NCBI GenBank assembly: GCA_949283975.1
Contig: CASDUK010000003.1
Coordinates: 175,655-239,654, forward strand
DNA length: 64,000 nucleotides
Direction of reading: 5' to 3'
DNA from: an uncultured Bacillota bacterium
GTDB lineage: Bacteria > Bacillota > Clostridia > Christensenellales > UBA1242
The position numbers and the translations under genes were made by a program. The notes below the pieces were generated by a model. The model was not told the DNA's origin and searched no databases. It saw only the letters and a list, made by a program, of their open reading frames with translations. This document shows positions 10,401-17,464 of this stretch, in pieces. Numbering within the stretch: position 1 is the stretch's first letter; each line of letters starts with the position of its first letter.

Positions 10401-10894
10401 CTGGAGAAGCAACCGAGGACATTATTAAGGCAAAAAACCAATCGTTAAAAGCTAAAACAGAGAAGAACAAGCAAAGAGAAGAAGAACTTAGCAGAGAGAT
10501 TGAAAGAGAAAATCAGGCAGAACAAGAGGCAGAACAAGAGGCCGAAGAAGAACAAACCGTTCAGGAGCAACACGAGGAAGAGCAAGTTCAAGAAGAACAG
10601 CCTGTTGAAGAACAAGTTCAAGAGGAAAATGGGGAAGAACAAACCGCTCAGGAGCAACAAGAAAACCCAGCCATGGCGGAAGAACCCGTTGAAACCCAAG
10701 AGCAAGAAGAACAAACAGAACCAACAGCTCCAACTGAAACAGAGCAGGTTGAATTCACCCCATCAGAGGCAAGTCCAGACCCTCAAAGGATTGAACAGGG
10801 GCTTGCAGGTTCGGCTCTTGCAACAGAAACTGCGTTTGAAAGACAAGCTAATGCAATTAATGCCCAACATCAAGATGATGGAAGAGGAATTTAA
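7496..10894 (+). CDS. large acidic coiled-coil membrane protein of unknown function (1132 aa from the GTG start)
   Basis: The GTG at 7496 lies 6 nt after AAAGGAGGGG. A globular N-domain of about 300 aa is followed by about 600 aa of E/K/Q-rich heptad-like sequence. Then come a hydrophobic hairpin (YSLLGALCGLLFVATLLLGLAGMLPVFFICLASTIGACVI) and an E/Q-rich tail. Confidence 0.6.
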   Translation: MAKSSKEVEKSFKVALKGERAGFEGGEIEVLFAESSNYIVGPGQGKDGGAVVEISFDKSGRKKVKLLNIAGELDKFGFEGKDYAEFDAKTITTFPDSHISIQIENPNGKISTVTVGGADIIISGKEKNKSQISFDKPLNVELSNNYFKDISAGNINVKAFPPQIFDAIKGLNGVTAKEFTIKGKAVRLFAVGKEGEAQIYCGVSNKFIKLEEIFDLGAGEGYHTLGFRFRAGEKGKIGKYNARIEGVTGQEVAALMDFVKTQAGETFVKTGSPGMQIGEANLNFNQKQTSQKIVDLTKKDLEDEEKLRLREESERNRLAAEKAQEQADNERAERERAQQEAEQARQKQQEAENERERAQRGLEEAQQSAAANKNKIIEQDATIAELSAKIAELESLGLSAKEVQRLQNELNARIEEQQKKEEELKQREKAVEEGQAALDKARKEDEEKRKAEENEKRAKEAEELKQKIETLTTSTGKLKEAKSKYSDKYKALQAKIERVKDLANPEKAEEAKDEIKRLRAEIDSSYNELDKQFNEAEGLAEEVKEGQKEIENPPTETPDEVKNNIEQVKSEAEAAATEWEKAKEDQSMDELKEEVENLQNLEQPENEEQLENEEQPKNEEELERGERVILGPREEQNEEENPQPEEDKKPESQEAQDKESLIKRYEELLQETRKSLDQQEKNVSLLARMESLIDEQLSDIGLEKGDESQEAKRQEYVKEALSYYLEKGPNIDSVTTPGLDSDKYDIGRTEDVRQRINAGLENGKEKLIEQGKELKELREKILEADPEQLTFDDRVAYRGVIKGIENATGINFTQTEPGNFQRQQTEIRQVDNLTETQNFAQTEQENPQPEQTEIQNLAQTEQENPQPEQTETQNLAQTGQEKPQPEQQAQQPPENNPEEDKKDEKKKKQASPEQSEFKRGQVWRGVKYSLLGALCGLLFVATLLLGLAGMLPVFFICLASTIGACVITSGEATEDIIKAKNQSLKAKTEKNKQREEELSREIERENQAEQEAEQEAEEEQTVQEQHEEEQVQEEQPVEEQVQEENGEEQTAQEQQENPAMAEEPVETQEQEEQTEPTAPTETEQVEFTPSEASPDPQRIEQGLAGSALATETAFERQANAINAQHQDDGRGI
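10001..10162 (+). repeat. 3 x 54-bp in-frame tandem repeat (18-aa unit TQNxAQTEQENPQPEQTE)
   Basis: Three consecutive near-identical 54-nt units can be read directly: TQNFAQTEQENPQPEQTE, IQNLAQTEQENPQPEQTE and TQNLAQTGQEKPQPEQQA. Confidence 0.85.
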
Positions 10895-10898
10895 AAAG

Positions 10899-10919
10899 GC
10901 GGCAAGTTGCCGCTTTTTT
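10899..10919 (+). terminator. rho-independent terminator
   Basis: GCGGCA-agt-TGCCGC followed by TTTTTT, just after the stop at 10894. Confidence 0.65.
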
Positions 10920-10957
10920 ATTGACCCAAATTTGAAAAAATTGTAAAATTCATAACA

Positions 10958-12166
10958 ATGGAAAGAGTTGTTCTGCATTGCGATTTAAATAATTTCTATG
11001 CAAGTTGTGAGTGCTTAATCGAGCCCAGCCTCAGCGGAAAACCTGTTGCTGTTGGCGGAAGAGAGGAGGAGCGCCACGGCGTTGTTGTTGCCGCAAATTA
11101 TGAGGCAAAAAAGTTTGGGGTTAAATGCGGCGTTACAACCTTTCAGGCAAAAAAACTCTGCCCAGAAATCGTTATTTGCCAGCCGAAATTTGAAATATAC
11201 AACAAATTTTCGCGCCGTGTTAGAAAAATCTATGAAGAATATTCCGACCGTGTAGAGCCATTTTCAATTGACGAGTGTTTTATTGACATTACAGAAAGCA
11301 AAAATTTTGGAAATCCAAAACAAATTGCAGACGCAATTAGAGAAAGGGTTAAAAATGAGATTGGTCTAACAATTTCCGTTGGGGTTAGTTTTAACAAAAC
11401 CTTTGCAAAAATTGGAAGTGATTTAAAAAAGCCAAATGCAACAACAGTTATAACCAAGGAAAACTTTAAACAAGTTGTTTGGCCTCTTCAAATTGGGGAG
11501 ATGTTTGGAGTTGGGAAAAAAACCAAGGAAAAACTTTTAAAAATTGGAATTAACACAATTGGCGATCTTGCAAATTTTGACAAAAAATATTTAGTTAAAG
11601 AATTTGGAAAAGTTGGCGAAGAGCTTTCAAACAAGGCAAACGGGCTGGACGACGAAGAAGTTAAACCAACTTCTTTTAAGCAAGCCCCAAAGAGCATTGG
11701 CAACAGCACAACTTTTTACAAAGATCTTTCAGAGAGGAAGGAAATTGAACTTGGATTTTGCGTAATTGCCGAAAGTGTTGTCCGCCGCATGATAAAAAAT
11801 AACATAAAAACCTGCAAGACGGTTTCAATTGTTGTTCGAGACAGCAAGCTTAGATTCTATCAAAAACAGTGTCAAATTTTGCCTTCCAGAAGCAGCCAAG
11901 AAATTTCAAAAACCGCAATAAAACTTTTCTTTGACAACTTTTCTCAAATTAAAGATGTTAGGCTTCTTGGAATTTCAGTCAGCGGGTTTGATGAAGACGG
12001 TCAGCTTTCTCTGTTTTCAAAACCGGAAAGGGACATTGACGAAGTTGTCTATCAAATAAGAAATAAATTTGGAGCGGGGAGCATTGTTAGGGCAAACGCA
12101 CTTATGAACAAAAAAATTGCCGCCGCGCTAGATAGAGAACAACTAGATAAAAATAGTGACTTATAA
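10958..12166 (+). CDS. dinB: DNA polymerase IV (Y-family translesion polymerase)
   Basis: VVLHCDLNNFYASCE, FSIDECFIDIT and SVGVSFNKTFAKIGSDLKKP are typical Y-family catalytic motifs in a 402-aa product. Confidence 0.9.
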   Translation: MERVVLHCDLNNFYASCECLIEPSLSGKPVAVGGREEERHGVVVAANYEAKKFGVKCGVTTFQAKKLCPEIVICQPKFEIYNKFSRRVRKIYEEYSDRVEPFSIDECFIDITESKNFGNPKQIADAIRERVKNEIGLTISVGVSFNKTFAKIGSDLKKPNATTVITKENFKQVVWPLQIGEMFGVGKKTKEKLLKIGINTIGDLANFDKKYLVKEFGKVGEELSNKANGLDDEEVKPTSFKQAPKSIGNSTTFYKDLSERKEIELGFCVIAESVVRRMIKNNIKTCKTVSIVVRDSKLRFYQKQCQILPSRSSQEISKTAIKLFFDNFSQIKDVRLLGISVSGFDEDGQLSLFSKPERDIDEVVYQIRNKFGAGSIVRANALMNKKIAAALDREQLDKNSDL

Positions 12167-12292
12167 ATTCAATTGGTGCGCCCGCCAATTTGCTTGTTTA
12201 AAATGAAAACAATTAATATAGTCCTTGGGGCAAAAGTTTAAGCCAGGACTTCTCTCTGGTAAAATCACATTTTAAAATTTTTAAAAATACAA

Positions 12293-12321
12293 TTTACTTT
12301 TTTTATTTTTTTTGATATAAT
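12293..12321 (+). promoter_or_regulatory. candidate promoter for tRNA-Arg
   Basis: TTTACT, a 17-nt spacer, then TGaTATAAT (extended -10, 12313-12321), about 28 nt upstream of the tRNA 5' end. Confidence 0.45.
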
Positions 12322-12349
12322 CGCTAAGCAGGCTTGAAAAGTCTTTCTT

Positions 12350-12426
12350 GCGCCGCTAGCTCAGCTGGATAGAGCGTTGGTCTACGGAACCAAAGGTCAG
12401 GGGTTCGAATCCCTTGCGGCGCACCA
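12350..12426 (+). tRNA. tRNA-Arg (anticodon ACG), CCA encoded
   Basis: I folded the cloverleaf by hand. Acceptor GCGCCGC/GCGGCGC, D stem GCTC/GAGC, and anticodon stem TTGGT/ACCAA with loop CTACGGA (ACG at 12384-12386). The T arm is AGGGG-TTCGAAT-CCCTT, followed by A-CCA. Confidence 0.92.
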
Positions 12427-12565
12427 TCAAATTCCCTTTATTTTAAGGCAATCTAGCGATTTTGAGAGTCGCTAGATTTTTGTTTTAACCACAAAATTAT
12501 AAAATAATTTTTATAACAAATTCATTTTTAATTACCACAATCGGCAAAATATAAATAATACAATT
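12382..12565 (+). repeat. left copy of the 184-bp direct repeat (tRNA 3' 45 nt plus 139 bp), attL-like
   Basis: It matches 19550-19733 with 4 mismatches that I can see. Identity starts exactly at the first nucleotide of the anticodon loop. Confidence 0.85.
12453..12486 (+). terminator. terminator downstream of tRNA-Arg (duplicated at 19621-19654)
   Basis: CTAGCGA, a 9-nt loop, TCGCTAG, then ATTTTTGTTTT. Confidence 0.55.
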
Positions 12566-12626
12566 TAATTTTTATAACAAATTCATTTTTAATTACCACA
12601 ATCGGCAAAATATAAATAATACAATT
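12505..12626 (+). repeat. 61-bp unit duplicated in tandem (present once in the right-hand copy)
   Basis: TAATTTTTATAACAAATTCATTTTTAATTACCACAATCGGCAAAATATAAATAATACAATT occurs at 12505-12565 and again at 12566-12626. Confidence 0.85.
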
Positions 12627-12655
12627 TTCATCAAAAAAATGGTAAAATTTGGCGA

Positions 12656-12677
12656 TGTCTACGAATTGTCTACGAAT
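12656..12677 (+). repeat. 2 x 11-bp tandem TGTCTACGAAT (a third copy at 19339-19349)
   Basis: This is a perfect tandem dimer near the left island arm. A single identical copy in the same orientation lies 5 nt after the last cargo stop codon. Confidence 0.8.
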
Positions 12678-12687
12678 TTTTCCAAAA

Positions 12688-12776
12688 TTTATGCAAATTA
12701 TGTTTTGTGTTGTATCGTTTCACAATGTGTTTTATTGTATCGTTTTAAAAAAAATAAGGGCAGGAATTTTCTTCCT
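12688..12776 (+). repeat. scaffold repeat A, copy 1
   Basis: TTTATGCAAATTA-TGTTTTGTGTTG...AAAATAAGGGCAGGAATTTTCTTCCT recurs at 19738-19962, where a 134-bp insertion interrupts it. It contains a hairpin that reads as a terminator on the minus strand. Confidence 0.75.
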
Positions 12777-13056
12777 ACCCTAAATTTTTACATTTCTGCA
12801 TCTTGTTTTTTCTTTAATCTTCGCTTTTTCCCAGCTTTCTTTCAAGTTCTTCAATCTCATCATCAAGACTTTTATACTCGCTATTTTCTTCTTTATCTTC
12901 TTTTAAAGCACTGGCTTATAACACTTGCCGATTGCAATTTTGAAGAAAAGTCAAGATGACTATAAACAAGAATTTAAACTTATTTACAAAATTGTAAAAA
13001 AATATAGAAGAGTTTATTATTTTATATTTTAAATGTAGTATTTTATTAAAAAAATA

Positions 13057-13065
13057 TGTTATAAT
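13057..13065 (+). promoter_or_regulatory. extended -10 promoter element of the island operon
   Basis: TGtTATAAT lies 19 nt upstream of the ATG at 13084. The same ATGTTATAAT string precedes the ABC-F gene at 19997-20006. Confidence 0.45.
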
Positions 13066-13083
13066 CAAATTAATGAGGTCAAT

Positions 13084-13599
13084 ATGAAAGATTTTTATAC
13101 TGATATAAGTAAATTGAAATCCGTATTGCGACGAGGTTGGTTGTTTCGAGATTTTAAAATTGATAGGATAGAAAGTGATGCTGAGCATACATATTCCATG
13201 TTGATGTTGGCGTTTTATTTTTTTTGTAAAAACAAACTAAAAAATTTAGATTTTATCAAAATTATGAAAATGATTTTGTGCCACGATTTGGGAGAAATAG
13301 AGATTGGTGATATTACTCCTTTTGATAATTATGACATTAAGTTAAAACATAGTCAAGAACAGAATGCCATAAGAACAATATTTGAAAAATATAAGTTGTC
13401 CGAACTTTTAAGTATTTGGCAGGAGTATAACGAACGTAAAACTCCTGAATCCAAATTTGTCAAGTTTATTGATAATTTGGATTATTTGTGCCAGGCAAAT
13501 TGTTATAAGAAAGATAATGCTAAACAATTTAAAACTTTATATGAAGAATGTTCAAAAAAGCATCCAGAAATAATAGAGGTTTTCAATGAAGATTTATAA
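13084..13599 (+). CDS. HD-domain phosphohydrolase, YfbR/HDDC2-like 5'-deoxynucleotidase family
   Basis: LKSVLRRGW...ESDAEHTYSM...LCHDLGEIEIGDITP...KFIDNLDYLCQA follows the HD_3 pattern (R-GW, ES-AEH, HD-xE-GD, D-l-qa). Confidence 0.7.
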   Translation: MKDFYTDISKLKSVLRRGWLFRDFKIDRIESDAEHTYSMLMLAFYFFCKNKLKNLDFIKIMKMILCHDLGEIEIGDITPFDNYDIKLKHSQEQNAIRTIFEKYKLSELLSIWQEYNERKTPESKFVKFIDNLDYLCQANCYKKDNAKQFKTLYEECSKKHPEIIEVFNEDL

Positions 13600-14080
13600 T
13601 TCTTTATTTAGCGAGGTGATAAATTTATTAAAATCTAAAACTAAATATGATGTTTATGTGGATATGGATGGGGTAATATGTGAGTATAGATACGGAGAAG
13701 GAGTTAAAATATTAAATGGAGAAACATCGGTTTATAGCGAGAAAAGACCTATTCAATCAGTCATAAAATTAATAAAGAAATATTACAAAAGAAATAATTT
13801 TTTTATATTAACTTCATGTATTCACAAACAGCAGATAAATGCAAAAAAAGAATGGATAAAAAAATATATGTCTTTCTTTAACATAGACAATGTTTATTGT
13901 ATCCTTAGCGAAGATTTTAATAAAAGAATTGAATATAAAGTGGATTTTATAAATCAATCATTGAAAGATAGAAAGACATATTCAATTTTGATTGAAGACA
14001 CGCATGAAATATTAAAAAAATCTTGGGAGAATAACAGAAATCAATTACTACCTGTTTTGGTTATAAATTTAATAAAGTAG
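13586..14080 (+). CDS. HAD-superfamily 5'(3')-deoxyribonucleotidase-like protein (NT5C family)
   Basis: VYVDMDGVICEY is a DxDG nucleophile motif and LIEDT lies near the C-terminus. At 164 aa it has the size and layout of NT5C/YorS-like proteins. It overlaps the upstream gene by 14 nt. Confidence 0.5.
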   Translation: MKIYNSLFSEVINLLKSKTKYDVYVDMDGVICEYRYGEGVKILNGETSVYSEKRPIQSVIKLIKKYYKRNNFFILTSCIHKQQINAKKEWIKKYMSFFNIDNVYCILSEDFNKRIEYKVDFINQSLKDRKTYSILIEDTHEILKKSWENNRNQLLPVLVINLIK

Positions 14081-14089
14081 AGGTTGAGA

Positions 14090-15589
14090 ATGAAAAATTT
14101 AATTATTGATTGTTATACAGATGAACCTTCCGGTTTAGGAGCCCCTCCATATTTAAGTGTGCATTCAAGATATTTGGCTGGTGCACTTAAATTTACGAAT
14201 CAAGAATATGAATACATAAACATAGATGATTTAAGATTTGCAAGTGGTGAAGAGCTTTGGAATGATAACACATTAAATAAAAGAGTAATAAATCACACAA
14301 AGGAAATTACAGAGACTGAGAATATTTTGTTGTCTGCTGAAAGAATATTTGTAATTATGGGTTGTTTTGTTGATTATAGTTATTTATCTTGTGAACCGCC
14401 AACTTTTACTGAGATTGAAAAATTATTATCTAGCTATAGAAATAAAGAAATCATTTTAATGTATGCGCTTGGTTCTAAAATAATTTCAAAAGAAGAATTA
14501 GATAAGACATTGCCGAAAAATTTATTTGATAAAGTGATTTTTGGCAATTTCTATAATTATATTTTGTTTGGCAATGAAAATGATTATCTGCCACATTATG
14601 AAGCTTTAAGCAAGATTTCTGTCTGTTCTGCTGATATTGTTAAAAGATTGCCTCGTCCACTTATCTATGAAATTGAGACTGCTACTGGTTGTAATCGAAA
14701 ACCAGGATGTAAGTTTTGTATAGAAAGCATTAGAGGAATAAACCATACATCAAGACCTGTCGATGATATTGTTGCTGAAATGAAGTCTCTTTACAGCGAA
14801 GGTGTGCGATATTTTAGATTGGGCAGACAACCCAATTTTTTCGCTTATTTTAATGCATTACCTAATAAAGTTGAAGAATTATTTCAAAAAATTTGGACAA
14901 ATTGTCCTGAAATCAAAGTATTACACATCGACAATGTAAGTCCTCACAATGTAAATACATCTTCTGGGAAAAAGATAGCAGAAATTGTTGCAAAATATTG
15001 CACCAGCGGTAATATCGCACCTTTTGGTGTAGAATCTTTTGATCCAAAAGTGCGAAGTATTAATAATTTAAACGGTTCTGTAGAAGACATAATGAAGTCC
15101 ATTGAAATTATAAATGAAATTGGAAGTAAAATTACCGATGAGGGGACAAGACAATTTTTGCCTGGAATTAATATAATTTATGGTTTGGAAGGTCAAAGTG
15201 AAAACACTTTACAATATAATTTAGAGGCCTTTTCTTATATCCTTGAGCATTATTATGTTCGAAGAATTTTTGTAAGGAACTTAACTTCTCCACATGGAGA
15301 GCTGTTTGGAGAAAAACAAAAAAGTGGCTTTGAAACTTTTAAAACGAAAATTGTGGACAAATTTTCATTACCAATGTTGAAAAAAGTTTATCCTATGAAC
15401 ACAATTTTAAAACATGAAAGAGTTGAGATGGTAATAAATGGTGATAGCATATTAAGACAAATGGAGACTTGTCCTGAAAGAGTTGTTATAAAAAATAAAA
15501 TATTAAACTTAGACGATTTTTACACTATTAAAATTGTAGGATACATATCTGATAGAGTCCTTATGGGAGAAATAATATGCAAAGAATAG
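14090..15589 (+). CDS. large radical SAM enzyme with an N-terminal Rossmann/B12-binding-like domain and non-canonical CX5CX2C spacing
   Basis: The ATG at 14090 follows AGAGG. ETATGCNRKPGCKFCIES sits at about aa 200, followed by RYFRLGRQPNF, APFGVESFDPKVR and PGINIIYGLEGQSE, which follow the radical SAM core order. The product is 499 aa. Confidence 0.65.
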   Translation: MKNLIIDCYTDEPSGLGAPPYLSVHSRYLAGALKFTNQEYEYINIDDLRFASGEELWNDNTLNKRVINHTKEITETENILLSAERIFVIMGCFVDYSYLSCEPPTFTEIEKLLSSYRNKEIILMYALGSKIISKEELDKTLPKNLFDKVIFGNFYNYILFGNENDYLPHYEALSKISVCSADIVKRLPRPLIYEIETATGCNRKPGCKFCIESIRGINHTSRPVDDIVAEMKSLYSEGVRYFRLGRQPNFFAYFNALPNKVEELFQKIWTNCPEIKVLHIDNVSPHNVNTSSGKKIAEIVAKYCTSGNIAPFGVESFDPKVRSINNLNGSVEDIMKSIEIINEIGSKITDEGTRQFLPGINIIYGLEGQSENTLQYNLEAFSYILEHYYVRRIFVRNLTSPHGELFGEKQKSGFETFKTKIVDKFSLPMLKKVYPMNTILKHERVEMVINGDSILRQMETCPERVVIKNKILNLDDFYTIKIVGYISDRVLMGEIICKE

Positions 15590-16179
15590 CTATCATCATT
15601 CCATTTTTCAACATGGCGGCTGAATATGAACTACAAAGGAAGATTAAAAACAAAAATTTATTCTATCAAATTTTTAAAATAGATTATAAAACCCATCAAA
15701 AAGAAGATGAAGAAAACTTTTATAATGAATTAAAAGCAAATCTTGAAACACTTATAAACAAGGTTGAAGCCTTACAATTTGATAAGATTATCTTGCTATG
15801 CTCATCTTTAAATTCAAAATTTAATTTTGAAATACTGGTGTCAATTAATGATATTGTGGCAACATTTATAAAAGAAAATAACCTTAATTATAAATTAGTG
15901 CTTTTATCTCCTTATTCTGAGAAAACAACCAAAGAAACAATAAAAGCATTTCATAATTTAGGTGTCTGTTTTAAAAGTGCTATAAATAACGAATTGCTAG
16001 GTTCAATCAATTACTTTAATTTTGGGAATAACATTGTACAATTTATAAAAGAACATAACCTTGAAAACGAAAAGATTTTCGTTAGTTGTACTAATATTCC
16101 CGTAATAGATGCACAAACAGAATTAAAAGATATAGTTTCATCAAACACAATTCTTATAGATTATTTAAATTCAATTTAA
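15577..16179 (+). CDS. Asp/Glu/hydantoin-racemase-fold protein (maleate isomerase / arylmalonate decarboxylase-like)
   Basis: IAIIIPFFNMAAEYE, IILLCSSLNS, LLSPYSEKTTKETIKAFHNLG and IFVSCTNIP...VSSN parallel the two-Cys maleate-isomerase pattern (IVPSSN, CTsGS, TPY, SCTN, SSN). Confidence 0.5.
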   Translation: MQRIAIIIPFFNMAAEYELQRKIKNKNLFYQIFKIDYKTHQKEDEENFYNELKANLETLINKVEALQFDKIILLCSSLNSKFNFEILVSINDIVATFIKENNLNYKLVLLSPYSEKTTKETIKAFHNLGVCFKSAINNELLGSINYFNFGNNIVQFIKEHNLENEKIFVSCTNIPVIDAQTELKDIVSSNTILIDYLNSI

Positions 16180-16190
16180 GAGAGGTTTAA

Positions 16191-16940
16191 ATGGAGAAAA
16201 GCAAGCTTGAAAAAATATTAAGCATTTTGGCGAATGATATAATGCTGCAGCAAGAAGTGAAAAATAATTTTACAAACAATTTATGGTGGCCAAGTACAGT
16301 TAAAGATAAACGACTTAGATTAATAATAGCGGGTTTATCTACAAGAATTTCTTATTCAATGATAGAAACATATAAAAAGGTTATAAATAACATCATTAGC
16401 AAAGGTTATGATAATTTAGTTTTATTGAACGACGAAGAAAAACTTGATATGATTAAACCACTTGGTCTTTCAACGACAAGATTAAATTATATAAATTCAA
16501 TGATTAAATTTATTTCTTCACATAGTGATTTAAATAACTTAAAAGATGATGTCTTTATTAAATTAATAAATAATGAAGTGACCGGGGCATCCTATAAAGT
16601 AGCTCAATGTTGTCTTCTTTATTATAAAGGATATCCTTGCTCAATTATGCCTGTTGATTCTGGAATGAAAGACGTGCTACTTCCTTGTTTAGGATACCCA
16701 AAACAAAAATCTGGAATTGGACATGAATTTGCGCGCTTATTATTGGAAGATGATGTATCTAAAATTGATAAAAAACAATTTATAAAAGAAAACAATTTAA
16801 ATATAACTGAAGAGTCATTTAATTGGTGGGCGCATCTATCTTTAATTTATTATAAAAGACAGCACTGTAACAAAAAAGACGCAAATTGTTCCTTACATAA
16901 AAATGGTATAGATTTAAAGGAGATATGTTTAGAAAAATGA
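16191..16940 (+). CDS. HhH-GPD-superfamily (DNA glycosylase-like) protein
   Basis: LIIAGLSTRISYSM...IKPLGLSTTRLNYINSMIKFI...VTGASYKVAQCCLLYYKGYPCSIMPVDSGMKDVL has the AlkA/Nth-like layout. That layout is a helical N-domain, a hairpin-helix element, then an Asp about 20 residues later. The tail is Cys-rich. Confidence 0.4.
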   Translation: MEKSKLEKILSILANDIMLQQEVKNNFTNNLWWPSTVKDKRLRLIIAGLSTRISYSMIETYKKVINNIISKGYDNLVLLNDEEKLDMIKPLGLSTTRLNYINSMIKFISSHSDLNNLKDDVFIKLINNEVTGASYKVAQCCLLYYKGYPCSIMPVDSGMKDVLLPCLGYPKQKSGIGHEFARLLLEDDVSKIDKKQFIKENNLNITEESFNWWAHLSLIYYKRQHCNKKDANCSLHKNGIDLKEICLEK

Positions 16941-17464
16941 TTATAATAGAAGGTTTGGATGGTGTAGGTAAATCTACAGTTGTTGAAAGGTTGAAAACAT
17001 TTGGTTTTATAAATCTGCATTATGATTACGATAGTTCCAATTCTGATTTGATACAAAAATATTTATTCATTTTAAATTATAACAATTTAGATAAATATAT
17101 TGCAGACAGATCTTTTTTTAGTGAAATGGTTTATGGTCCAATTTTAAGAAATGGAAGCAGAATCTCAGATGAGCAATTTATAAAATTATTAAAAGAGTAT
17201 TCTAAAATAGGAGCAAAAGTAATTTATTTAACCAGTGATAAAGATGTTTTATTAAAAAGGCGTCAAGAAGATGAAAAGGATTTTAAAACGCTTACTGATT
17301 ATTATTCAGAGTTAAATATTCAATATGAGAAAGTTATGAATATAACGGCGAAATTTATTCCCGTATTACATATTGATACAAGTGGAAAAAGTGTAGAACA
17401 AACCTTTAAGCAGTGTGAAGATTTTGTTTTTGGTGGCAAAAAAGATGATGAAAGAATTTTATGA
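16925..17464 (+). CDS. thymidylate-kinase-like dNMP kinase
   Basis: IIIEGLDGVGKST is the Tmk P-loop pattern and DRSFFSEMVYG parallels the Tmk DRY-xS-xAYQ motif. The product is 179 aa. Confidence 0.65.
   Translation: MFRKMIIIEGLDGVGKSTVVERLKTFGFINLHYDYDSSNSDLIQKYLFILNYNNLDKYIADRSFFSEMVYGPILRNGSRISDEQFIKLLKEYSKIGAKVIYLTSDKDVLLKRRQEDEKDFKTLTDYYSELNIQYEKVMNITAKFIPVLHIDTSGKSVEQTFKQCEDFVFGGKKDDERIL

Noticed and set aside
8421-10978. Many overlapping ORFs (62-149 aa, both strands) inside the coiled-coil gene
   Set aside because: They are products of the GAA/AAG/CAA-rich periodic sequence (K/R/S/L/F-rich translations). Only the frame with the RBS, the TM hairpin and the long uninterrupted reading is credible.
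12505-12626. Possible CRISPR-like or minisatellite array
   Set aside because: There are only two directly abutting 61-bp copies with no spacers and no cas genes. It is a simple tandem duplication of part of the att-flanking arm.
12639-12959. 106-aa plus-strand ORF in the left arm of the island
   Set aside because: It runs straight through non-coding repeat modules (the 11-mer dimer, repeat A and its hairpin). It encodes F/L/C-rich low-complexity sequence and has no RBS, so it is most likely a chance ORF in AT-rich DNA.
12916-13188. 90-aa minus-strand ORF overlapping the operon promoter and the start of the HD gene
   Set aside because: It is I/F/K/N-rich low complexity and lies antisense to a well-supported CDS and its promoter. 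I see no RBS.
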